IMG/VR virus record: IMGVR_UViG_3300031251_000970
Location: 17,877 to 81,876 of that record
Length of the DNA stretch: 64,000 nt
Reading direction: 5' to 3' (one strand)
Origin: a virus
In this document: positions 17,307 through 25,630 of the stretch, in pieces
Layout of the letters: each line of letters begins with the position of its first letter
Position numbering within the stretch: the stretch's first letter is position 1
Notes under the pieces: model-generated
Databases searched by the model: none
What the model saw: the letters and a program-made list of their open reading frames with translations, nothing else
Told to the model about the DNA's origin: nothing
Translations under genes and position numbers: made by a program

Positions 17307-19121
17307 CTATCCGGCGTTTCCAAGCATCTTGGCAACGTATTCTTGCTCAGTCATCTCCAATTGGTCGCGAACGGTTTGAATCGCCAAATCGAGCAATCCG
17401 GGACACGGGTCGAACCAGTTGATTTTGAATGCGAGACCTGTTTGAACCGCTTTTGTCGCCGCAATTCGATAGGTCTCCCAAGAAGTTTCCTTCATCTTTT
17501 CCCGCAACCGAAACACGATATCGTTTCGATTCTCCTCGCAGCCTGTCGGCCCCCACTGATTCATTTTCTGAATCCAGTCGATGCAGCCGAAACAGGCTTC
17601 GATACCGATGGACTTCAATATTTTCGCAACCTCTGTTCCGACTCCCTGCGAGATCGGAATGCTTGCCTTATGAACTGGCTGAAACGGCAAAACCTGAACT
17701 GGATGTTTTTTCGCGTACGATTCCGGGTCGACGATTTGATCGGCATCTTGCCAATACGATTCGGGATTGATTCGACCGTTGATCGACGAAAGTCCGCTCG
17801 CTTGGCCGCACATCCATTCGCCGGGAATGCGAACTTTGATTCCGCCGATTTCGTGCAAATGTCCCATGTGATGATCTATGTGAGACGGACTGCCATCGCT
17901 GTTCGGCGGGAAGGGAGTATTCAGAAAATGCTTGTACAGTTTCTCGAATCCGCTCCGATGAACCGCATAGGCGTGAGTTCGATTCACATTGTAGGGGATG
18001 AATGATTCCGACGAGAATCGTTTCGGCGGGAATTGTTGTTCGGCGAGCATCTGCCCTCCGAGATACGCCTGCTCCCAATTACTCTGAATATCCGACATGA
18101 ATCGGTCGAGTCGATCTTCGAATTGATCTCGGAAAATGACGTCATCTTCGAGGATCAAAACCGATTCGACGCCGTCACTGAAACATCTTTCGATGATCGC
18201 CAAATGGCTTCGATAACAGCCAAATGCACCTCCGCCCGCTTTCCACCAATCTGGAATCGCGATCTTGTCCGCATCGATCGCCGAGAAAACTTCGTATTTC
18301 ATCCATTTCGGACATCTCGATTTGAAGGCTTCCAAACGCTCAGGCCGCGATTTCAGATTGATGACAAACGTTTTCTCGAACGGCGATTTGAACTCGGTTC
18401 CTTCTCCGAGAAACTTGAGATTCTGAAAGAAGTCGATCGATTTGTCTTGTCCATTGATGTCGGAGACTCCGCCCCGTTGTCCGACCAGCCATTTCTCGTG
18501 GGCGTAGACCTTGAATTCGCTCAAATGGCGATTCAACGCCCAATCGCAATGATCCCGATGACCCTTCGACCAAATCGTTTCAAGTTTTTCCATCCCGCTT
18601 CGAGAGAGGGCGTAGGCATGAAGCCGGTCGGTTGAAATTGGCCGCACGAGTCCGGATTCGATTCGATAGGGTCGCTGTCGATGTTCGCCGCCAAAAAAGG
18701 CGAGTTCCCAATCTGTCGGCAGGTTTTCAATAAACCGCTCCGCCTTGAACTCGAAGCTGTCGCAAAACGTCGCGTCGTCCTCCAAGATGAGGATTCGCTC
18801 GCAACCCTCCCGCAATGCCTTCCTGACGCATCCTAGATGACTTTGGCCGCACGCATAGGCGGCAGAACCATGATCGAAGTTCTGAACTTGAACCGTTTCG
18901 CCATCGATTGCCGTGAAAAACTCTGGATCGGCATAGAACGGCCATCCTTTCGCGAATTCGGCTTTCATCTGTTCGCGACGATCCGAACGTCGAGCGAGAT
19001 TGATGACGAAAACTCGGTCGAAAAAGTTCGCAATCTTCATTTTCTCGATTCCGTCATCATTATCTTGCCAATCGTCGAAGTCATCGCTCCAAATATCGCG
19101 GGGAGGTTCGTCATCTGGCAT
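17307..19121 (-). CDS. tandem GT25-like glycosyltransferase (two domains) with C-terminal Cys-containing domain
   Basis: Two copies of FVINL..R..R / C..SH / LILEDD / HAYA; start MPDDE after AAAGGAG. Confidence 0.9.
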   Translation of the reverse strand: MPDDEPPRDIWSDDFDDWQDNDDGIEKMKIANFFDRVFVINLARRSDRREQMKAEFAKGWPFYADPEFFTAIDGETVQVQNFDHGSAAYACGQSHLGCVRKALREGCERILILEDDATFCDSFEFKAERFIENLPTDWELAFFGGEHRQRPYRIESGLVRPISTDRLHAYALSRSGMEKLETIWSKGHRDHCDWALNRHLSEFKVYAHEKWLVGQRGGVSDINGQDKSIDFFQNLKFLGEGTEFKSPFEKTFVINLKSRPERLEAFKSRCPKWMKYEVFSAIDADKIAIPDWWKAGGGAFGCYRSHLAIIERCFSDGVESVLILEDDVIFRDQFEDRLDRFMSDIQSNWEQAYLGGQMLAEQQFPPKRFSSESFIPYNVNRTHAYAVHRSGFEKLYKHFLNTPFPPNSDGSPSHIDHHMGHLHEIGGIKVRIPGEWMCGQASGLSSINGRINPESYWQDADQIVDPESYAKKHPVQVLPFQPVHKASIPISQGVGTEVAKILKSIGIEACFGCIDWIQKMNQWGPTGCEENRNDIVFRLREKMKETSWETYRIAATKAVQTGLAFKINWFDPCPGLLDLAIQTVRDQLEMTEQEYVAKMLGNAG

Positions 19122-19147
19122 GCAATCCACTCCTTTAACCGCGAGAT

Positions 19148-19327
19148 TCACTCGTGCGACCAACCGACATAGAGTTCGATGGCGTAACTCAGCTTTCGCA
19201 TTTCAATGGATTCGCTGATGTCGAAATACGCATTGGAAGCGGAATTGATCATGGGACTGACATTGCTGCCGACTACCAGGATCACCCACAAGATAAATAC
19301 CTCCGCGACGGGAATGGATTTCAACAT
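19148..19327 (-). CDS. 59-aa membrane protein (MLKSIPVAEVFILWVILVVGSNVS...)
   Basis: Not in the ORF track; AAAGGT RBS, one N-terminal TM segment. Confidence 0.55.
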   Translation of the reverse strand: MLKSIPVAEVFILWVILVVGSNVSPMINSASNAYFDISESIEMRKLSYAIELYVGWSHE

Positions 19328-19355
19328 TTGATTGACCTTTCTGAGAAAATGAGTT

Positions 19356-20018
19356 CTATCCGAGACTAGAACAATAATACACAGTTACTCTCGCTCCGAA
19401 AATGCTCGGCGTTCGCGAAGACAGTGCCGTTGCATGAACTACGATTGCGAAACCGAAATTGCTTGCATTCACCTGAGCCCCGGTTACCGCCGTTCCCCAC
19501 AGTTCCGAACTATTTCCGAACGAGACGATCGCCGGCGGATTCGGAACGGAAACGATTAGCTTCGGTGTTGATGCGAGATTTGTTCCCGTTGTTGACCCGC
19601 CGATGACTAGATTCGCATGAGTGACGTTCGTCGCCGTGCTGCTCGATTGGCCCATGATTTCTGCCATGATGCCCGTAACCGCTGCATCGGCTGGCAGTGC
19701 AAATCCGAAATTCGTGAAATAGAGCCAATCGGAATCCGATAGAGCCGGAATTGTTACCGTTGCAGCTGCCGCCAATCCGAACCAGTTCGTTGATCCTTCA
19801 GCATTCGTGACGTTGCTCCATGCTGTTCCACCAGCGAAAACGACATCCGCGGCGGTTCCGCAATAATCCGGACCGGCCGATAGTCCACATATTAACGGAA
19901 TTGGAGCCATGCATGGAAAGCAATCGAGACCTGATGGAGCAGGGATCGTCGAACGATGGATCACAGCCAGCACTGACGGACAGACCGGCGAAAATCCTTT
20001 TTCTGAGATGATTCGCAT
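19356..20018 (-). CDS. tail-tip accessory protein: Cys leader + jelly-roll/lectin-like domain
   Basis: Leader MRIISEKGFSPVCPS...PAPSGLDCFPC; TNFGFALP.A.VTGI...LWG...VNASNFGF pattern of phage beta-sandwich domains. Confidence 0.7.
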   Translation of the reverse strand: MRIISEKGFSPVCPSVLAVIHRSTIPAPSGLDCFPCMAPIPLICGLSAGPDYCGTAADVVFAGGTAWSNVTNAEGSTNWFGLAAAATVTIPALSDSDWLYFTNFGFALPADAAVTGIMAEIMGQSSSTATNVTHANLVIGGSTTGTNLASTPKLIVSVPNPPAIVSFGNSSELWGTAVTGAQVNASNFGFAIVVHATALSSRTPSIFGARVTVYYCSSLG

Positions 20019-20021
20019 GGT

Positions 20022-20600
20022 TTACCACCAGAATTCCACAACGGAAGGGACTGGCGTTCCGAAAGGATAGGTAACTCCGTCAACTGTTACAGAGAAGGTA
20101 TAGGTCGAATAATTTGTGTCTTTAATATAGTTTTCTGCATAAATACAAGTTCCGCTGAATGTAGGGTCTATGAAATATTGTGATCCAAATCGAGTCCCCA
20201 AATAACAAGTGAAACACTGCGGGGGATTAGGAGTGTATGCGAAATATATGTAGAATCCCAATCCTGTCGGAACCTGAAAGGCATTCGCATCCAATTGTGC
20301 TCTAAATACGTTCCCCGTACTGAAAGGCAAATCATTCGCCCCATATGTGAGATAGTATATCGTTGATGCTGGAGCAATACTCGGATTGGCAGACGCAATA
20401 TTGCTGAAGACTGTTGTCCTGCATTTCAAGGTCTGCCAAGTCGCTGGTGGAACAATCTGATCGCACGCTAATAATGGCGGCGGCCGACTCATGCAAGGCC
20501 TGCATGACAAACCGCTTGGAACTGGTATCGTCTGTGCGTTCGCGATCTCTAGCGGAGATTCGCAAAGTGGGTCGAAATCGAATCCGCTGATTAACCTCAT
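20022..20600 (-). CDS. tail-tip accessory protein: Cys leader + aromatic-rich domain (192 aa)
   Basis: Start re-called at MRLISGFDFDPLCES (ATGA overlap); the 3' part is AT-richer. Confidence 0.7.
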   Translation of the reverse strand: MRLISGFDFDPLCESPLEIANAQTIPVPSGLSCRPCMSRPPPLLACDQIVPPATWQTLKCRTTVFSNIASANPSIAPASTIYYLTYGANDLPFSTGNVFRAQLDANAFQVPTGLGFYIYFAYTPNPPQCFTCYLGTRFGSQYFIDPTFSGTCIYAENYIKDTNYSTYTFSVTVDGVTYPFGTPVPSVVEFWW

Positions 20601-20746
20601 GATGAACTGCTCGAACTTGATGGACCGACAGGAGTCACGCACGGTTTGCAATTCAATCCGGTAGGAGACGGAACGGTCTCGCGATTCATCATAACGAGCC
20701 GCGATTCGCAAAGCGGATTGAATGTTCCGAGGTTTTCCATTCGCAT
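20597..20746 (-). CDS. 49-aa peptide: Cys leader + poly-Ser tail
   Basis: MRMENLGTFNPLCESRLVMMNRETVPSPTGLNCKPCVTPVGPSSSSSSS; TGATG and ATGA coupling at both ends. Confidence 0.7.
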   Translation of the reverse strand: MRMENLGTFNPLCESRLVMMNRETVPSPTGLNCKPCVTPVGPSSSSSSS

Positions 20747-21717
20747 CACAGCGTCTCCGCGATGCCAAGCCAGTCTGTTCCGCTGATCAGAACTGGAACG
20801 CACTTGAACGCCGGATTCCCCGACCCGTCGGTATAAATCTGCCCTTGGAATTGATAGCAACCCGTGGCAGGCGATCCGCTCGAGGATGAGGAACTCGACG
20901 AAGATGATGATTGAGTCACGCAATAAATACACGACACCCACGTACAAGCATCGGCCACGCAGCCCGTACTTGACGACGATGACGACGAACTTCCGCATCC
21001 GGTCGGGCATTGATACGTCAGCGTCACATATCCGCTTGGCGTAAAAATCGGATACGCCGTCCATGCTCCCGTGTTGATCGTGTATTGATAAGCCGCCCCA
21101 TCCGGAGCCGATGAACATCCTCCGACAGTCGCTTGGCTCGGAGTCAGGCAATTGAAGCAGTTGCAACATCCGCAACCCGTTCCACCTCCTCCTCCGCTTC
21201 CGCTTCCGCCCGTTGATGCGGTTCCTCGCATGAATATCGCGAAAACTCCGTCTGGAACGGACGTGTCTGAACTACTTGACCCGGCGAAGGAAGTTCCCGT
21301 AGGAAATCCATCCGCGAAGAACCCGCTGCCGCCGCGAGTGATGTACCACTTTCCAGACTTCGGTCCCCATTGTTCTCCGGGAGTAGGAACCGCAATCGTC
21401 TGATCAATCGCGACTTGAATTCTCGCATCGGCATAGGCTCGCCCATAGGATTTTCCAGAACTCCACCATCCGCTTGCCGCCGCTGAGGATGAGCTGGAAC
21501 TCGATACGGTTGCTTTATCGATCGTTTCGTCCGATGTGACGAGAATATTCCCGCTGCTGCCGTCGTATTGTTTGACGTGTACGATTTGAACGGTCTCGCT
21601 TGTATCGGTTTCGGGAGTGTTCTCAACGTATGTGACCATCACGACTGAATAGGGCGGGATATCCATGCCGCTGTCGTTTTGGATGAGAACTGCGATCTCT
21701 GGTGTTTCCGCCGTCAT
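20746..21717 (-). CDS. tail-associated Cys-rich, poly-Ser/Gly protein
   Basis: IQNDSG..IPPYSVV N-terminal domain; three poly-Ser runs; GCGCCNCFNC. Confidence 0.75.
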   Translation of the reverse strand: MTAETPEIAVLIQNDSGMDIPPYSVVMVTYVENTPETDTSETVQIVHVKQYDGSSGNILVTSDETIDKATVSSSSSSSAAASGWWSSGKSYGRAYADARIQVAIDQTIAVPTPGEQWGPKSGKWYITRGGSGFFADGFPTGTSFAGSSSSDTSVPDGVFAIFMRGTASTGGSGSGGGGGTGCGCCNCFNCLTPSQATVGGCSSAPDGAAYQYTINTGAWTAYPIFTPSGYVTLTYQCPTGCGSSSSSSSSTGCVADACTWVSCIYCVTQSSSSSSSSSSSGSPATGCYQFQGQIYTDGSGNPAFKCVPVLISGTDWLGIAETL

Positions 21718-23636
21718 TCTGGGAATCCCGTAAAGCCCGTACTGATACCGCCTCTCGCCATCGCTCCACGCTGACTCATCAACTCCTTGATGAGATTGAG
21801 TCGTTGATCGATGTTTCGCCTGCCATCGCGTTGACGTCGTTCTGCATAAGGCGGAATGTCGAAATCGTGCTCGGTATTCACGGAGGCAATCGTATCGTAT
21901 CCCTGTTTTCCAAGTCGATAGCTCACTTGCTGAATCGCCCCATCCATGTCGATCGGGAACAATCCGTAATAGGTTCGGCTCCCCGTCGATTGCGTGATGA
22001 ATTGCTGCGAAATCTGCTGAGCGTAATAAAGCGATTGCCTTTCCACTTCGTCCGCATTATTTGTAGTTTTTCCGACTGTCAAATCTTGATCGTACCGATA
22101 GATGTCAGGCTTCAGCGGATAGCTGGTAATGTACCACGGAAGGATATCGTTTTTCACGACTTCGAGGCAGAAATCTCTGTCGCCGCCACCGCCAAGTGGG
22201 TAGTAGTATTCGTTTCGAACCGGTTGCCATGTCACCAAATCGCGAATCTGAACAGCACACATCAACCACAATCGAGCGGGCTGATACGGATAGTCGGCCA
22301 CGTTGTAGCCGGGACTGTTCGGAACAGGGCGATAGATCATGATGTCCGAAAATGTGATGATCGTTCGATCGGAATCAATCGGATTGCATTGAAGATTAAA
22401 GCTCCGTTGCTCCTCCTTGCTGATCTGAAGCGAGTTTCTGACCTGAGCATCGATTCGCGTGCCGAATGGGTAGTTATTACTCGGCCTTTGAGCTTTTTGG
22501 CCTCGGAATTGACCGAATACGAAGGCACTTCGCTTGTGCAGTTCTCCGTAGGGATCGGTATAGGATGTGACGAGTTCATTCGACAAGATCATCTGCTTGC
22601 GAAAGACTTTGCCGTATCCCGGAACGAGGATTGATGCTTGATTCGGTTTTGGTGTTTTCGAAGATTGTCCGGTTTTCGGCGTAGAGCCTTGAGTCGTGAA
22701 TTTCCCATACGGCTGCGGATCATAAATCCGAAATGCCTTAAAGATCGTTTCTACCGCGAGTTCTCGCGGGCTTTTCAGTGTTCCATCAGCCAAGGTTCGG
22801 CGATTCGCATCAATGGATTGAAATCCGCCGAACATTCCCTGATTGAATCCCCATGCGGGCGGCACGTAATATTGCGTTCCAGGGCCGCGACCATTGTTGC
22901 TATAACTCAGTTCGTCGAGTTCTACCCATGCTAAATCGGTATCTTTAGCGACAGGAGAGAGCCGAACGGCCATTTGAAATCGCACGGGAGCCGATACGAT
23001 CTTGATGAAATCGGGAATCTCTTTCGGATCGATTCCGTCTCCCGCATCATTGAAGGGGAACGTCTCCGGCAGATTCGCTCCGACGCCAGTCACGCAAATC
23101 GTCCAAACTCCGGTCGATCGAATGGGAACGATTCGGCATCCGAGATCGTCACAAATCTTCGCCATTTCCTCCGCCGGATTCGCGTGATCCCAGTCAATGT
23201 CCGGTCTCGCATCATTCGGCAATTGCGATACGTCGTAGGCTTGAACTCCGAGAGCATCGAAGCACATCGAGACGAGCGTCTGCGGGTCTCTCTCATGGGC
23301 AGGGTCGACGAAATTATCCGGGAATCGAATGTTGTACCGACCCGTGATATTCGCGTATTTCCATGACCACCGCTCATCCAGAAAACTAACCGTTACGATC
23401 TTTCCGCCGGAGTTTCGCTGATACGAAAAGCTGTCCAATCGGCAATTCGGAAAGGTAATTTGATATTGATTGTATGTCAGTACGATGTCGCCATTGACGT
23501 CGGGAATCCCATACTGCGGATACATTTCCAAGACGCCGCGAGAAGGCGTGATTCCGCTCACATCCGTAATCGAAAACGATTCGTACGCGACGACTCCCGG
23601 ATACGAAAACTTTCCGAAATTTCCTCCGCTTGACAT
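21714..23636 (-). CDS. tail tip/hub (Tal-like) protein
   Basis: 640 aa beta-rich, downstream of the tape measure; DERWSW...L..IC...GCRIV hub-like pattern. Confidence 0.65.
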   Translation of the reverse strand: MSSGGNFGKFSYPGVVAYESFSITDVSGITPSRGVLEMYPQYGIPDVNGDIVLTYNQYQITFPNCRLDSFSYQRNSGGKIVTVSFLDERWSWKYANITGRYNIRFPDNFVDPAHERDPQTLVSMCFDALGVQAYDVSQLPNDARPDIDWDHANPAEEMAKICDDLGCRIVPIRSTGVWTICVTGVGANLPETFPFNDAGDGIDPKEIPDFIKIVSAPVRFQMAVRLSPVAKDTDLAWVELDELSYSNNGRGPGTQYYVPPAWGFNQGMFGGFQSIDANRRTLADGTLKSPRELAVETIFKAFRIYDPQPYGKFTTQGSTPKTGQSSKTPKPNQASILVPGYGKVFRKQMILSNELVTSYTDPYGELHKRSAFVFGQFRGQKAQRPSNNYPFGTRIDAQVRNSLQISKEEQRSFNLQCNPIDSDRTIITFSDIMIYRPVPNSPGYNVADYPYQPARLWLMCAVQIRDLVTWQPVRNEYYYPLGGGGDRDFCLEVVKNDILPWYITSYPLKPDIYRYDQDLTVGKTTNNADEVERQSLYYAQQISQQFITQSTGSRTYYGLFPIDMDGAIQQVSYRLGKQGYDTIASVNTEHDFDIPPYAERRQRDGRRNIDQRLNLIKELMSQRGAMARGGISTGFTGFPE

Positions 23637-23644
23637 CGCGAATC

Positions 23645-24886
23645 CTACGTAAAGACGATCGTTGTATTTCCGCCATGAGCAACGTTGACGCCGACTAACG
23701 AAGATGTCGCGAGGCTGAGAGTTCCGGAATTGACCGTCTTTTCAGGATCGTTGATCGTCACATTCTCCGAATAAACCTTGATTGGATTCGTAACAGTTTT
23801 TCCCCGCGTATCCCGTGAGCAATCGAGCGTTGCGGAACCATAGAGATTGATCGTTCCGATTGTGCCGGTCGTGCTCATGATCACAGTGCCGTTCAGAGCA
23901 TTGACGGTTGTCGCCGTGATGTCTCGCAGCGTGAGCGTGCCCCCCGCAACTCCCAAACTGATCGTAGTCACATTCGATCCGATGGTCGCTGTCCCGCCGT
24001 TTTGCGTGATCGTCGTCAATGTGCATCCCGAACCGCAATTCAGAATGACGTCCGTCTGCGGACTGTTGTTGTACCCGGTGTTGATGATCGGGAAAGTGGC
24101 CGTTGTCCCCTGATAATAGGCGACTCCCACATCGCCCTGCGAAATATCGATTTCGCTCGAACCGTTTCCGCCGATGATCAACACCACGGGAGTATAGGTA
24201 TCAACTCGCCTTCCCGTCGAAATCACTCGAATCGTTGCCGTGTTCGCTCCGAATGCGAAATTTGCTTTCGTAATTGTCGGACTGTTTATCGTGACGGTCC
24301 CGCCCGCGAGCGTTAAGGATGTTGTTCTGTATTCCGCGTAGGACGTCTGGTTGTCGGTATTGATGAAGGAAAGGCCAATGTCGCCCGAGAATCCCGGCGA
24401 CACGAGAACAGTCACTCCCGTTAAACTCGAACCGAGATTGTATTTGCAATCGACATTTCCATTGTCGAATACGAGCGTGTCTGAATTCGCGGGAGCCGAG
24501 CCACCGGACCAGTTCTGAGCGTTCGTGAAATCGTTCGGACCGGTCGCCGATGTCGTGTGAGTAATCGCATACGTCGCACCGCCGCCGGTCGATACGGAAA
24601 TCGTAGATGGCCTGCCCGCGAGATTTCCCGTCGCTACGATCGTCGTAGAAACGATGACTGGAGTCAGTTCCGAGAATTCGGGAGGCGGCGGAACTGAGAC
24701 CGATGTCCATGCCGCAAGAATTCCCGCCAGGACGGATGCGACAGTATCCCCGCCTCCGGCCGTATAGGTGATGGATTTACTGTTGATCGTCACGGAGTAT
24801 GTTTGACTTGTGACGGTTCCGGAAAGTGTGATTGTCCAGACATCAAATGTTCCAGCGGCATTTCCGAGCCAACGCTTTACGGACAT
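23645..24886 (-). CDS. virion structural protein, beta-helix-like
   Basis: Thr/Gly-rich; GPNDFTNAQNWSGGSAP.NSDTLVF motif; tail module position. Confidence 0.7.
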   Translation of the reverse strand: MSVKRWLGNAAGTFDVWTITLSGTVTSQTYSVTINSKSITYTAGGGDTVASVLAGILAAWTSVSVPPPPEFSELTPVIVSTTIVATGNLAGRPSTISVSTGGGATYAITHTTSATGPNDFTNAQNWSGGSAPANSDTLVFDNGNVDCKYNLGSSLTGVTVLVSPGFSGDIGLSFINTDNQTSYAEYRTTSLTLAGGTVTINSPTITKANFAFGANTATIRVISTGRRVDTYTPVVLIIGGNGSSEIDISQGDVGVAYYQGTTATFPIINTGYNNSPQTDVILNCGSGCTLTTITQNGGTATIGSNVTTISLGVAGGTLTLRDITATTVNALNGTVIMSTTGTIGTINLYGSATLDCSRDTRGKTVTNPIKVYSENVTINDPEKTVNSGTLSLATSSLVGVNVAHGGNTTIVFT

Positions 24887-24895
24887 GTTCGATTC

Positions 24896-25618
24896 CTATC
24901 CTAATGCATTCGGCGAACCGATGAGGGGCGTGGCACTGATAAAATTGTAGGACCAAGTGATTCCGTATTTAATCGGATAACCCTTGATCGTCGTCGGGCT
25001 TCTCGTGACAACATTTGAGGCTGCATTTCCGGACGTTTGCAACAGGTTCAGCCCAAATATCGGAGCCATTGGCGTCGGATTAGGACCGGACTGCTCCAGG
25101 ATTCCCGATTGGGTGGCTTTGTACCATGACGCCTGCGTGACCTGCTGCAACAGCGGAAGTCCGATTGCGGGAATGCGTTCGACATAGATCGGCAGCCCGA
25201 GATTGTCGGTGAACGAGATTTGTTCGTTGAAATTCAGAACATCCTGAGCCTTCGACCAGAGGAAATCCGCTTCCAATCCAAACGTATATCGCAGATAGGT
25301 GATTCCCTCTGCTCCAGCTAATCCCTCGTGACTCACTGGATTGGTGACTCTGCATCCTCCGAGAGCGTTTTGGCCTCCGAGTTGAAAAGGAGTTCCATTG
25401 AATCCGGCATTCGATCCGTCGACATACAGAGCATTCTGGATCGCGGTGTATTCCGCCCAGATGTCGGATTGCAAGTTTCGGACGATCTTCCCTCGCATCT
25501 GCCAATTCACATGCAGCAGGTGTAAACGCTGAGTCTGACCGCGAGTGAATGTGCGATTGATGCTCGCATAATTCACCGAGTTGTCGTCGAACGTAAATGA
25601 CCCGTAATAAAACTGCAT
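24896..25618 (-). CDS. distal tail (Dit-like) protein
   Basis: 240 aa beta-rich, immediately after the tape measure. Confidence 0.55.
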   Translation of the reverse strand: MQFYYGSFTFDDNSVNYASINRTFTRGQTQRLHLLHVNWQMRGKIVRNLQSDIWAEYTAIQNALYVDGSNAGFNGTPFQLGGQNALGGCRVTNPVSHEGLAGAEGITYLRYTFGLEADFLWSKAQDVLNFNEQISFTDNLGLPIYVERIPAIGLPLLQQVTQASWYKATQSGILEQSGPNPTPMAPIFGLNLLQTSGNAASNVVTRSPTTIKGYPIKYGITWSYNFISATPLIGSPNALG

Positions 25619-25630
25619 ATTTGACTTGCT

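Noticed and set aside
19154-19369. 71-aa plus-strand ORF
   Set aside because: Antisense to a better-supported 59-aa minus-strand membrane ORF that has an RBS
20601-21175. ORF-track versions 20022-20768 (248 aa) and 20597-21175 (192 aa)
   Set aside because: Stop/start overlaps and the shared Cys leader place the true starts at 20600 and 20746
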